Shown one piece after another: positions 23,434-32,245 of a stretch of DNA of 64,000 nt; positions within the stretch are counted from its first letter, which is position 1, and every line of letters begins with the position of its first letter. Source of the stretch: a bacterium (GTDB lineage Bacteria; Vulcanimicrobiota; Vulcanimicrobiia; Vulcanimicrobiales; Vulcanimicrobiaceae). The notes under the pieces are model-generated. The model was given only the letters and a program-made list of their open reading frames with translations, ran no database searches and was not told the origin of the DNA. Location of the stretch: the NCBI GenBank assembly GCA_021805775.1, contig JAJZED010000004.1, positions 1 to 64,000 of the forward strand, given 5' to 3'. A program made the position numbers and the translations under genes.

Positions 23434-23939
23434 TGGGCGAGCGGCGGTCGCCCGTGCGACCGCGGCTGGACGCCGACGTTATCGCGGCCGCCGGTGGTTT
23501 TCTGTTCTTTTCCGGCGTGCGGCGGCCGATGGGAGAAATCCAAACGCGCGGCATCGATGCAGTACCCCGCTTCGGAGACGATCGCGGGATCGATCGTCAG
23601 CGTATTCAGCCGCAATTCGATATAAATTTCGCTCAGGCGCGCGAGCAGGTGTTCGACGGTGTGTCGGAGGCGTTCGTTGCCGACGAGGAGGCCGCGTGCG
23701 ACCAACTCGTCGACCATCGTCGTGGCCTCGAACGGCGCGAGCGGCATCAGTCTTCGCGCCTCGCCTTCGCCGATGCTGACGATCATTGAAGGGCCGGCAG
23801 TCGCGGTCGGGTCGATAGCGATGCGAACTTTTGTTCGGTGCCGTTTCCCGAGGCTTTCGTGCGTTCCATCGGCGGGATGGACGCGTAGGCCGAAACGTTC
23901 CAGGTCGATAAGGGCTTCGGGTCCAGTATGCACGTTCAT
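23430..23939 (-). CDS. Hypothetical protein resembling only the C-terminal ATP-grasp_5 part of ADP-forming acyl-CoA synthetases (probable gene remnant)
   Basis: 169 aa. ELRLNTLTIDPAIVSEAGYCIDAARLDFS resembles the lEINPL ... alDAk ... D tail of succinyl-/acetyl-CoA synthetase ATP-grasp domains. An in-frame stop lies immediately upstream, so no N-terminal CoA-binding or ligase domains are present. Confidence 0.35.
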   Translation of the reverse strand: MNVHTGPEALIDLERFGLRVHPADGTHESLGKRHRTKVRIAIDPTATAGPSMIVSIGEGEARRLMPLAPFEATTMVDELVARGLLVGNERLRHTVEHLLARLSEIYIELRLNTLTIDPAIVSEAGYCIDAARLDFSHRPPHAGKEQKTTGGRDNVGVQPRSHGRPPLAH

Positions 23940-24006
23940 ACAAAAATCCTAGCGATTACCGAAGAAGAGGCGATGAATCCCGAGTGCAGGCGTCTTCTCG
24001 CCGGGG

Positions 24007-27000
24007 TTACACCGTCGCCGCTTCAACGAAGCGGCAGAGCAGATTGAGCATCGCCATCTGCTCGACCGTCGAGCAGCGCAGATCGAGCAAGCCCGGGTTG
24101 GTCACCAATACCGTCATGCATTGAGCGCGTGAAATCGCGACGTTAAAACGGTTCTTTTCGAATAAGAAATCGATCCCGCGGGGTGCCGATTCGAGGCTCG
24201 ACGTCGCCATCGTATAGAAAACGATCGGCGCTTCCTGTCCTTGAAACTTATCGACGGTTCCGACCCGGATATCGGGAAAACCGGCGTCGGCGAGCATGCC
24301 CTCGAGAAGGAGACGCTGCCCGTTATACGGCGTGACGACAAGAATATCGGCATCGACGATCGCGCGTGCCTTTTGCTTGCCGACGCGCACTCGCCCCGTA
24401 CGCAGGCGTTTGATTTCGGCGAGAACGCGTTCTGCCTCTTCGACGGATTCGCGCGAGTTGCCGTCGTGGATGACGGGCAAATATCGGAGCCCCGCCCCGC
24501 GCAGCCCGGAACTTTCGACCAACGAACCCTCGGTATCGGGCGCGGAGTGCAAGCGGCCTGCATACACGTGGCGAGAGATAAAGGAACAGATGTCGGGGTG
24601 CATGCGAAATGACGTATCGAGAAATATGCCGCGTTCGGGCGGCACGGTTGCCGCGTCATCGAGCAAATAGCTGAGAACGGAGCCTCCCATTCCGGGCGGA
24701 TGAACGCCTTGCGATACTTGGGCGAGTTGGAGTGGGTCGCCCAACAAGACGAGGTTTTTGGCGGCGGGTGCGACGGCGATGACGTCGGCGAGCGCGATCT
24801 GTCCGGCCTCATCGATAAACAGATAGTCGAGGTCGACGGCAAAATCTTCGCGAGAAAAGAGCCACGAAGTTCCGGCGGCGAGTTCGCAGGATCCCGCGAC
24901 GAATGCAGCATTATTCGTGGTGCCGTCGATATATGGAGAGCGCATCTTCGACGCGAAATTTTCGCCGCTGCCGACCTTGTAGAGTCCGCGGAAGTCGACG
25001 CGCTGCGTTTTCGCAGCCGCTTCGATCTTATGAAGCAGGTTTTGAATAGCTTTATGGGTCGTCGACATAACGCCGATACGTTTGCCTTCGCCGAGGAGCG
25101 TGGCGATCGTCTTCGATGCAACCGTCGATTTTCCCGAACCCGGCGGGCCCTGGACGAAAAGATAGCTTTCGTCGAGCTTGCGGACGACCGGTACGATGTG
25201 CTCGACGTCGACGCTCTCCGGCTGGATCGTGCCGTTCTTGCCGATCCCGCGGATGCGCGGGCGGCGCAGAAGCAGATCGATGACCGAGCGCGGCCGAGCA
25301 TGTTGCAAGTCCGCGGGAAGTGCTTCGGCGATGCGTACCAGCGAAGCCCGTTGCGCCCTCGTGTCGATCGGCGGTGCGGGAATGAGCGCGGTTAACGTGC
25401 GGGCGCGGGCGATATCCCCGCTGCGACGAATGCGAATGCGTCGCTTCTCTTCGTCGATGTCGACGAACGTACCGGCAGCTTTCATGGTCAGAGGGTCGAG
25501 CATCCGATCCGTAACGCTGTATTCTTGTTCCGGGAAGCGATAGGTGTAGGTGCGATTTCTTTCGCGCCCGTGGAGAGCGGGCTCGTGCGTGTCGACCAAC
25601 TGCAGGCCGCCGAGGCATTCGGCGCGCTCGATATGATCGGTCGCCGACATCTCGGAGAGGTCGAAGAGATTCCACCAGGTCGGCTTATCTTCGCGGCGAT
25701 GGTACGAGAGCAATTGCGCGACGATCCAGCAGACGCGCGCGTATTCTTCGCTCGCCTCGAGCTCTTCGCTGCTCCCGATCGTCGGTGCCTCGGCGAGTAG
25801 GCGTTGTTGTAGGTCGCTCAATGCGGCGAGTTTGGCGGCGCGCTCTTCTTCGAGCGAGGGCGGTTCTCGCTTCGGGCGCCAGGGAATCTCGCAGCCGAAG
25901 CGCTTTTGGGCGTCGGCGCGAAGGGCAATAAGCCACTCGCGCAACTCGAACGTGGAGCGACAATCTTCCTCGTTATAACGCTCGATCGTTTCGAGAAGGG
26001 CGCGGTTGCTTTGGTCGAGGAGCCACTGCTCGAACATGACGACGGAGTCGTCTCCGCTGCGCAGCTCGGCCGCACGTTTGAACCCATAGTAAAGTTCGAG
26101 TTTTTTAATTGAGTAACTGGGCTGCCCGACGCAGATCGCCTGGCGGACGACCGTGTAGAGATCGACCAGAACCTCCGCGCGAAGAAGGTCGTCGATCTCG
26201 GCCTCGCGCGTCGCGTGCCGAACGCTGAGTCTGCGCAGCGCCCCTTTTTCGTACGAAGCGTAATGATAGATGTGAAGATCGGGATACTTCTGACGGCGCG
26301 TCATGAAGAAATCGATGCACTCTTCGAACGCGCGGCGTTCCGATTTCGCGTCGGTCCCCCAGAACGGCACGAAGCGTCGTTCCTCGGCGAGATAGATACC
26401 GAAGAGATACTCCAATCCCAAACCCGGAGCGAAGAGCGGGTCGCCCTCCATATCGAAAAAAATATCGCCGAGATTCGGCTGGGGAAGAAAGCCGAAGCCA
26501 CGGAGTTCCTCGGGGGGAAGAAGTTCGTAGCGCGGCACGCCGCCGTCACGCTGCTCCACCTGCAGGCGCGCCTGGCGGCGGAGGCCGGCGAAGGTGTCGC
26601 GCGCGATACCCGATGGGAGCGATCGATCGGGAGCCTTGGCGAGTTGCCGCATCGTAAGGATCGGCGGATCGGCTGCCGCGAATAAGCGGATCTGGTCGGA
26701 ACGCATGTTCGAAACGAGACTGAGGTGGTCGCGCGCCTCGCGAAGATCTTCGCAACGCGTCTTCCAGGTACAGAGCGCGCAGTGCTTTACGGGGGATGGA
26801 ACGGCGTCGAGGCGCATCTCCAATGCCCCGGAACGAAGCTCGGCGATTTCGTTGAGAAACGACGATTTCAAGCGTCGATAATATGCACTGTAGTCATCGA
26901 GGCGAAAGGTGCGGCGTTCGTTCGAGCCGAGGAGTAGGTGCATGAATTCCGGAGCGATGCCGAATACGCGCTCCACTTGCTCGCTGTAAAAGCAGAGTTG

Positions 27001-27447
27001 AATGATAAAATAGGGCTTTTCCGAGAGCGCGAGTTTCGCATCTTCGACTTCATAGCGAGCGTCCGCGCCCGGCGCCTCGGGCACGACGCGGCGGAGAAAA
27101 TCGGCGCGACCAAACCACGTTCCATCGAAAAAAGCGGCTTGGTAGATCGTCGGGGCGCCGGCACGCATCGCTGCGATCGTCTGCGCCTCAGCATGTTCGA
27201 AGGCTGCAATCGATGGGCGAGCGATCGCGGGGATCGCCTCCACGCGCTCTTCTCGCTCGAGCGAGGCAAGGTAGCGATGCTCGTGCTCCTGTCCCTTGCG
27301 GGCGAGCAACTCGCTCTGAAGATCGAGCGAAGCGTCGATGCGGTGCTCGCCTGCGACGGAAAGATCGAGCGCGGTGAGGCTCCGACATTCAAGAAATCGG
27401 TTCAGGTCGGAGGGCGAAAAAATCAGGCGCCCGTCGAGAATTTGCAC
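24007..27447 (-). CDS. Large nuclease-helicase fusion: TM0106/RecB(Cas4)-like PD-(D/E)xK nuclease with Cys cluster, RNase-H-like 3'-5' exonuclease-like region, and SF1B (DNA2/Upf1-type) helicase
   Basis: 1146 aa. N-terminus LDGRLIFSPSDLNRFLECRSLTALD plus Cys cluster KHCALCTWKTRCED (RecB-family/Cas4-like). Middle region IFFDMEGDP ... HIYHYASYEKGALRRL (DEDD/RNase-H-like). C-terminal helicase motifs: Walker A GPPGSGKST, motif II LFIDEAGQ, LVLLGDPLQL, FRMHPDICSF, TVDKFQGQE, VAISRAQ. Confidence 0.85.
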   Translation of the reverse strand: MQILDGRLIFSPSDLNRFLECRSLTALDLSVAGEHRIDASLDLQSELLARKGQEHEHRYLASLEREERVEAIPAIARPSIAAFEHAEAQTIAAMRAGAPTIYQAAFFDGTWFGRADFLRRVVPEAPGADARYEVEDAKLALSEKPYFIIQLCFYSEQVERVFGIAPEFMHLLLGSNERRTFRLDDYSAYYRRLKSSFLNEIAELRSGALEMRLDAVPSPVKHCALCTWKTRCEDLREARDHLSLVSNMRSDQIRLFAAADPPILTMRQLAKAPDRSLPSGIARDTFAGLRRQARLQVEQRDGGVPRYELLPPEELRGFGFLPQPNLGDIFFDMEGDPLFAPGLGLEYLFGIYLAEERRFVPFWGTDAKSERRAFEECIDFFMTRRQKYPDLHIYHYASYEKGALRRLSVRHATREAEIDDLLRAEVLVDLYTVVRQAICVGQPSYSIKKLELYYGFKRAAELRSGDDSVVMFEQWLLDQSNRALLETIERYNEEDCRSTFELREWLIALRADAQKRFGCEIPWRPKREPPSLEEERAAKLAALSDLQQRLLAEAPTIGSSEELEASEEYARVCWIVAQLLSYHRREDKPTWWNLFDLSEMSATDHIERAECLGGLQLVDTHEPALHGRERNRTYTYRFPEQEYSVTDRMLDPLTMKAAGTFVDIDEEKRRIRIRRSGDIARARTLTALIPAPPIDTRAQRASLVRIAEALPADLQHARPRSVIDLLLRRPRIRGIGKNGTIQPESVDVEHIVPVVRKLDESYLFVQGPPGSGKSTVASKTIATLLGEGKRIGVMSTTHKAIQNLLHKIEAAAKTQRVDFRGLYKVGSGENFASKMRSPYIDGTTNNAAFVAGSCELAAGTSWLFSREDFAVDLDYLFIDEAGQIALADVIAVAPAAKNLVLLGDPLQLAQVSQGVHPPGMGGSVLSYLLDDAATVPPERGIFLDTSFRMHPDICSFISRHVYAGRLHSAPDTEGSLVESSGLRGAGLRYLPVIHDGNSRESVEEAERVLAEIKRLRTGRVRVGKQKARAIVDADILVVTPYNGQRLLLEGMLADAGFPDIRVGTVDKFQGQEAPIVFYTMATSSLESAPRGIDFLFEKNRFNVAISRAQCMTVLVTNPGLLDLRCSTVEQMAMLNLLCRFVEAATV

Positions 27448-27494
27448 CAGCCGCCCTCCCCCGTCGCTATCGACGATCCCTGCAAGGATGAACG

Positions 27495-28712
27495 ATGCCG
27501 GAAGTGGGAACAGGCTCGGAGATGTCGCTTCGAACTCCCTTGCTGCCGCTGTACGCAGGGCGCGCCCTGCGCAGCGTCTCGCAAGGGTATCTCGCTATCG
27601 TCGTGCCGCTCTACTTGCTCTCGCTGGGTTACAGCGCTACCGCAGTCGGGCTGCTCATCGCGATCGGCTCGGGCTCGGGAGCGCTGCTCACGCTCGCCGT
27701 CGGCGCGCTCGCAGATCGGATCGGCCGCAAACCGATTCTCGCGGCGTTCGGAATTCTGACGGCACTCGCCGGCGTGGTATTTGCGGTTCAGGGAAATTTT
27801 TTCGTCCTCGCGATCGCCGGTGCGCTTGGAACGATCGGCCAAGGCGGCGGCGTCGGCAGCGGGGGCGCATTCGGGCCGTATTTTGTCGCCGAGCAGGCGC
27901 TTACTGCGGAGCTCTCAGGAGACGAACGGCGCACGGCGGTTTTCGCTCGGCTCTCGTTAGTCGGTACGGTTGGGAGCGTGCTGGGGGCCGGTCTCGCCGT
28001 CTTTCCCGCCCGCCCGCTCTTCTGGTTGACGGCGATCATCGGCGTTGCACTGGCGCTCGTCGTCATGCCGATCAAAGAACAGCGTTCGCGCGCGGTTCGC
28101 GCTCGTTCGAAAGCATCGCTCGCGCCGAATACCTGGAGATTGATTCGGCGCTTCATGCTGACGAATGCGACGAACGGCCTGGCGATCGGCTTTCTCGGCC
28201 CGATCTTGGTGCTCTGGTTCCACGAACGCTTTCGCGTCAACGCCGACCAAATTGCGGTGCTCTATACGACGATCAACGTGCTCTCGATCCTTTCGTACCT
28301 CGGGGTAACGCGCATCGTCGCGGCGATCGGCGGCGCCGTACGCACGGTCGTCGCCTTGCGGGTCTTTTCGTGCGTATTGCTCGCCGCGATGCCGTTCGCG
28401 CCGAGTTTCGTCTTCGCCGGTGCGATCTACGCGTTGCGCATGTTGGTCAACATCGTGACCTTCCCGGTGCGCCAATCCTATGCGATGGGGATTATCCCCG
28501 CCTCGGAGCGCTCGCGAGCCTCCGCGCTTTCGAATCTACCGGCGCGCGTCGGCTCGATGGGCGGGCCGCTCGTCGCCGGTGCGCTCATCGAGCACGCATG
28601 GATCGGGCTGCCGCTGGAGTTTGCCTCGGCGCTGCAATTGCTCAACGCGGGGCTCTATTGGCTGTTTTTCCGCAACTTGCCGCCGCCTGAAGAAGTTGAA
28701 GGCGAGGTATGA
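27495..28712 (+). CDS. MFS transporter
   Basis: 405 aa, 12 predicted TM helices. MFS loop motif GALADRIGRKP between TM2 and TM3. Confidence 0.85.
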   Translation: MPEVGTGSEMSLRTPLLPLYAGRALRSVSQGYLAIVVPLYLLSLGYSATAVGLLIAIGSGSGALLTLAVGALADRIGRKPILAAFGILTALAGVVFAVQGNFFVLAIAGALGTIGQGGGVGSGGAFGPYFVAEQALTAELSGDERRTAVFARLSLVGTVGSVLGAGLAVFPARPLFWLTAIIGVALALVVMPIKEQRSRAVRARSKASLAPNTWRLIRRFMLTNATNGLAIGFLGPILVLWFHERFRVNADQIAVLYTTINVLSILSYLGVTRIVAAIGGAVRTVVALRVFSCVLLAAMPFAPSFVFAGAIYALRMLVNIVTFPVRQSYAMGIIPASERSRASALSNLPARVGSMGGPLVAGALIEHAWIGLPLEFASALQLLNAGLYWLFFRNLPPPEEVEGEV

Positions 28713-29719
28713 TGAATGTATTTGCAGTCCAATCGGCGAGCGCCGGGCGCATCGAACGCGACCAACGCGAGATCCCAACGCCCGCGGCGGAGAGCGTCCG
28801 CATCCGCATCGAAGCATGCGGAATCTGTCACAGCGATGCGCTGACCGTCTACAACGTTTGGCCCGGAATCGCGTTTCCGCGCGTGCCGGGGCACGAAATT
28901 GCGGGCCGGATCGATGCGCTCGGCGAGCGCGTAACGGGCTGGAAGGTCGGCGACCGCGTCGGCCTCGGTTGGCATGGCGGACATTGCGGGCACTGCGACC
29001 GGTGTCGGCGCGGCGATTTTCTGACCTGTCGCTCTCTACAGGTTCCCGGTATTGTGTACGACGGCGGTTACGCCCAATATGCAGTCGCTCCGGCGAACGC
29101 GCTCGCGCGGATTCCCGACGCGCTCACGGCAAGCGAGGCTGCGCCGCTGATGTGTGCCGGCGTCACCACGTTTAACGCGTTGCGCAATAGCAAAGCGCGC
29201 CCCGGCGACCTCGTGGCGATTCTCGGAATCGGCGGCCTCGGTCATCTCGGCGTGCAGTATGCCGCGAAGATGGGCTTTGAAACCGTGGCGATCGCGCGCG
29301 GAGCGTCGAAACGCGAACTCGCGCTCGAACTCGGCGCGCACCATTACATCGATAGCGAGCGCGGCGACTTCGGTGCCGATCTGCAAAAACTCGGCGGAGC
29401 GAAAGTGGTGCTGGCAACCGCAACCTCGGCGAAGGCGATGGAGCCGGCGATGGGTGGCCTCGCAATCGATGGATCGCTCACGATCGTCGGAGCCTCGATG
29501 GAGCCGCTCGCGCTGAACACCGCGGCGATGATCGGCGGGCGGCATAGCGTGACGGCCTGGCCATCGGGAACCTGCGTCGATTCCGAAGCGGCGATGGCGT
29601 TTAGCGCGCAGAGCGGCGTGCGCGCCCGGATCGAAGAGCGGCCGCTCGAAGAGGCCCCCGCAGCATTCGATCGCATGATGAGCGGAGCGGCTCGCTTCCG
29701 CGTCGTTCTAACGATGTGA
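28709..29719 (+). CDS. Zinc-dependent alcohol dehydrogenase (MDR family)
   Basis: CGICHSD catalytic-Zn motif, structural-Zn Cys cluster GHCGHCDRCRRGDFLTC, NAD(P) Rossmann GIGGLGHLGVQ. ATGA overlap with the MFS stop. Confidence 0.9.
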   Translation: MMNVFAVQSASAGRIERDQREIPTPAAESVRIRIEACGICHSDALTVYNVWPGIAFPRVPGHEIAGRIDALGERVTGWKVGDRVGLGWHGGHCGHCDRCRRGDFLTCRSLQVPGIVYDGGYAQYAVAPANALARIPDALTASEAAPLMCAGVTTFNALRNSKARPGDLVAILGIGGLGHLGVQYAAKMGFETVAIARGASKRELALELGAHHYIDSERGDFGADLQKLGGAKVVLATATSAKAMEPAMGGLAIDGSLTIVGASMEPLALNTAAMIGGRHSVTAWPSGTCVDSEAAMAFSAQSGVRARIEERPLEEAPAAFDRMMSGAARFRVVLTM

Positions 29720-29757
29720 GCCGATAGCGGTGCATCGGTGGAGGCGGGCGCGCATCG

Positions 29758-30477
29758 TTACGCGCCCGCAGCCGCGAGCACCGCGCGCACGATGGTGCTA
29801 CGAAGGCGCCCGTCTTCGAGTTGCAACAGCCCTTCGATGGTGCAACCGGCAGGGGTCGTGACCGCAGTTTTCAGCGCGGCCGGGTGCTCGTCGCTCGCTA
29901 AGACCGATGCTGCGGCTCCAAGCATCGTTTGCGCGACGAGCGTGCGCGCGACCTCATAGGAAAACCCCAATTTTATCCCGGCGTCGATCCATGCTTCGAC
30001 CATGAGATAGACATAGGCGGGGCCGCATCCGTTCATCGCCGTTGCCGCATCCATCAGTCGCTCGTCGATCCGTACCGTGCGCCCCATCGCGCCGAAGATC
30101 GCTTCGCTACGTTCGAGATGCTCCGGCGCGCTTTCGTTTGCAAGCGCGGTCATGCCCGCGAGTTCGCCGACCGGGAGGTTCGGCATGGCGCGCACCACAC
30201 CGACATGAGGCGGCAGAGCGGCGCGCAGCGAGGCCAGCGTCGTTTTTGCAGCGACGCTGATAAGCAGGCTTCCGTGCGGCATGCTCGGCGCAAGCAGTTC
30301 GAGTGCCTCTAGCACCTGGTGCGGTTTCACGCACAGGAGCACGGCGTCGGCATCGGCGACGGATGCGATGGTGTCACCTCGACCGAGGATCGGTACGGGG
30401 AGCAGCGGATCCACGCGGCGTAGCGCCTCGCGAATCGCGCTGCCGATCGTTCCGTTTCCGATGATGACGACGTTCAT
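29758..30477 (-). CDS. proC: Pyrroline-5-carboxylate reductase
   Basis: N-terminal NADP fold VVIIGNGTIGSAI, VLLCVKPHQV, and C-terminal dimerisation motif TTPAGCTIEGLLQLE typical of ProC. Confidence 0.85.
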   Translation of the reverse strand: MNVVIIGNGTIGSAIREALRRVDPLLPVPILGRGDTIASVADADAVLLCVKPHQVLEALELLAPSMPHGSLLISVAAKTTLASLRAALPPHVGVVRAMPNLPVGELAGMTALANESAPEHLERSEAIFGAMGRTVRIDERLMDAATAMNGCGPAYVYLMVEAWIDAGIKLGFSYEVARTLVAQTMLGAAASVLASDEHPAALKTAVTTPAGCTIEGLLQLEDGRLRSTIVRAVLAAAGA

Positions 30478-30518
30478 AATATGGGCTAGCTCCTTCGTTG
30501 GGATCGCTTTTGGGAAAT

Positions 30519-30549
30519 AAAAAAACGCCGCTCCGACTGGAGAGCGACG
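30519..30549 (-). terminator. Probable rho-independent terminator (minus strand) downstream of the SRAP gene
   Basis: On the minus strand, CGUCGCUCUCC-AGUC-GGAGCGGCG forms a GC-rich hairpin (about 9 bp with a 2-nt bulge), followed immediately by a run of 7 U (plus-strand A7 at 30519-30525). It lies 125 nt after the SRAP stop and about 40 nt before the proC start. Confidence 0.5.
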
Positions 30550-30673
30550 TTTCGCGAGTGATGCTCGCAGCGTGCACTATCCGGCCGGCACCCTCGGGGG
30601 CGGCGTAGGTAGGCACGGAGGCATCGAGTGGCGGATCACAGTTCGGCGATCATAGCGGGCTTTCAAGCGCGCG

Positions 30674-31357
30674 TCAAGGCATCGACGAGGGAGGGAAAAG
30701 CGATAGATCTCGCGCGGCCTCGGAGAGCGGCGGTGAGGCGAGCAGCTCCGGCCCGTCGTTATGTACATCGTTGACGTCGCGCGAAACCTCGCGGAACGAG
30801 AAGCGCATCGCACCATCGTCGCGCGGCGCGAGCAGCGCCTCTCGATCTTCGGGCGAGAGGCGCGCGTCGAGCCAGTGCAGCGCGTCCTCGGCGGCGATAA
30901 CGGCGGGCTCGCGATGATGGATCGAGCGCAGTTCGAGGCGCGAGGTACGGGTGAGGATAGAAAAACAGGGCGACGCATCGCGAAAATCCCATAATGCGGC
31001 AAAAAAGATCGGGCGTTGGTCGGCGGCGGAAATATAAAACGCTCGCTTTCCGCTCGGCGTCGGCTCCCATTCAAACCAGCCGTTCGCCGGCACGAGTGCC
31101 GGGCGAGCGAGATACGAACGTCGATAGAGCGGGCGTTCCGCCGCGCTCTCCGCACGCGCGTTAAATGTGTGCGGACGGCCGAATCCCCAAAGAGCGGTGG
31201 TTGCATGAAGATCGCTACGGACGATCGGCGTGCGTTGCGTTGGAGCGATATTGTATCGTGCCGGAACGGCGCTATCGAAATCCGGTGCGAGCAGTAAAAA
31301 CGGAAAAGCGGCGGCGATATCGGCGCGCCGAGCGAAAAACGAGAATCTACCGCACAT
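30674..31357 (-). CDS. SOS-response-associated peptidase (SRAP/YedK, abasic-site processing protein)
   Basis: Starts MCGRF, the invariant Cys2 nucleophile of the SRAP/DUF159 family. Further conserved blocks: YNIAPTQ, FNARAES, PANGWFEW. The track ORF extends 20 codons upstream. Truncating to MCGRF is the family-consistent start. Confidence 0.85.
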   Translation of the reverse strand: MCGRFSFFARRADIAAAFPFLLLAPDFDSAVPARYNIAPTQRTPIVRSDLHATTALWGFGRPHTFNARAESAAERPLYRRSYLARPALVPANGWFEWEPTPSGKRAFYISAADQRPIFFAALWDFRDASPCFSILTRTSRLELRSIHHREPAVIAAEDALHWLDARLSPEDREALLAPRDDGAMRFSFREVSRDVNDVHNDGPELLASPPLSEAARDLSLFPPSSMP

Positions 31358-31418
31358 CGAGGGAGCGGCTCCATCCCCACGCAAGGATCGATGCGGCGCT
31401 CGGGCGTACGGTCGCACG

Positions 31419-32198
31419 ATGAGCGCGGAATCGCAAACGTTGGCTCTCGACGGCGGCGAGATCGAGTATATCTATCGTCGAGCGACCGACGGCGATTCGC
31501 CGACGATTGTTTTTCTGCATGAGGGTTTGGGAACGCTGAAGCTCTGGCGCGATCTTCCCGCGCGCATCTGCGATGGGATGCCGTATGGATCGCTCGTCTA
31601 TTCGCGTTTTGGGAACGGTTTTTCGAGCGAACTGCAAGGGGCGCGTTTGCCGACCTACATGCACGACGAAGCCATGAAGGTGCTTCCCGAGATCCTCGAC
31701 CGTTTGGGAATCGAGCGTGCGTTTCTGCTCGGGCATAGCGATGGTGCCTCGATCGCCGCGATCTTCGCCGGTGCCTTCACGGAGCGTTGTTCGGGGTTGA
31801 TTCTCGAGGCACCGCACCTGTTTGTCGAACGCGAATCGATCGAGGCGATCGCCGCTATCGGGGCGCGGTATCGAAGCGATGCCGCGTTTCGCGAGCGCAT
31901 CGGACGGCACCATCGAAACGGCGAACGAACGTTTTTTGGTTGGAACGATATCTGGCTTCATCGATCGTTCCGCAACTGGAATATCGAAGAGTACGTCGCG
32001 CGCATTACCGCTCCGATTCTCGCCGTGCAGGGGAGCGGGGACGAGTACGGCACGTTGGAACAGGTAACGCGCGTTGCGACACTCGCGCGAGGCGATCTCG
32101 ACCGGGTGTTGCTCTCGCGTTGCGGGCACGCTCCGCATCGCGATCGGAGGGAGGTTTTTATTGCGCTGGCGCGCGCCTGGCTCGCCGAACGCAGCTAG
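31419..32198 (+). CDS. Alpha/beta-fold hydrolase
   Basis: HEGLG oxyanion region, nucleophile elbow GHSDG, and a C-terminal His (CGHAPH) complete an S-D-H triad layout. Start at the MSAESQ Met. Confidence 0.75.
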   Translation: MSAESQTLALDGGEIEYIYRRATDGDSPTIVFLHEGLGTLKLWRDLPARICDGMPYGSLVYSRFGNGFSSELQGARLPTYMHDEAMKVLPEILDRLGIERAFLLGHSDGASIAAIFAGAFTERCSGLILEAPHLFVERESIEAIAAIGARYRSDAAFRERIGRHHRNGERTFFGWNDIWLHRSFRNWNIEEYVARITAPILAVQGSGDEYGTLEQVTRVATLARGDLDRVLLSRCGHAPHRDRREVFIALARAWLAERS

Positions 32199-32245
32199 GC
32201 GCCGGTTGCCGTTCGGGGTACGCCGGTTAAGGCTTCGGGAAAATT

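Noticed and set aside
23355-23789. Plus-strand 144-aa ORF opposite the ATP-grasp fragment.
   Set aside because: Arg/Asp-rich composition and no homology. The minus-strand ORF has the recognisable ATP-grasp tail.
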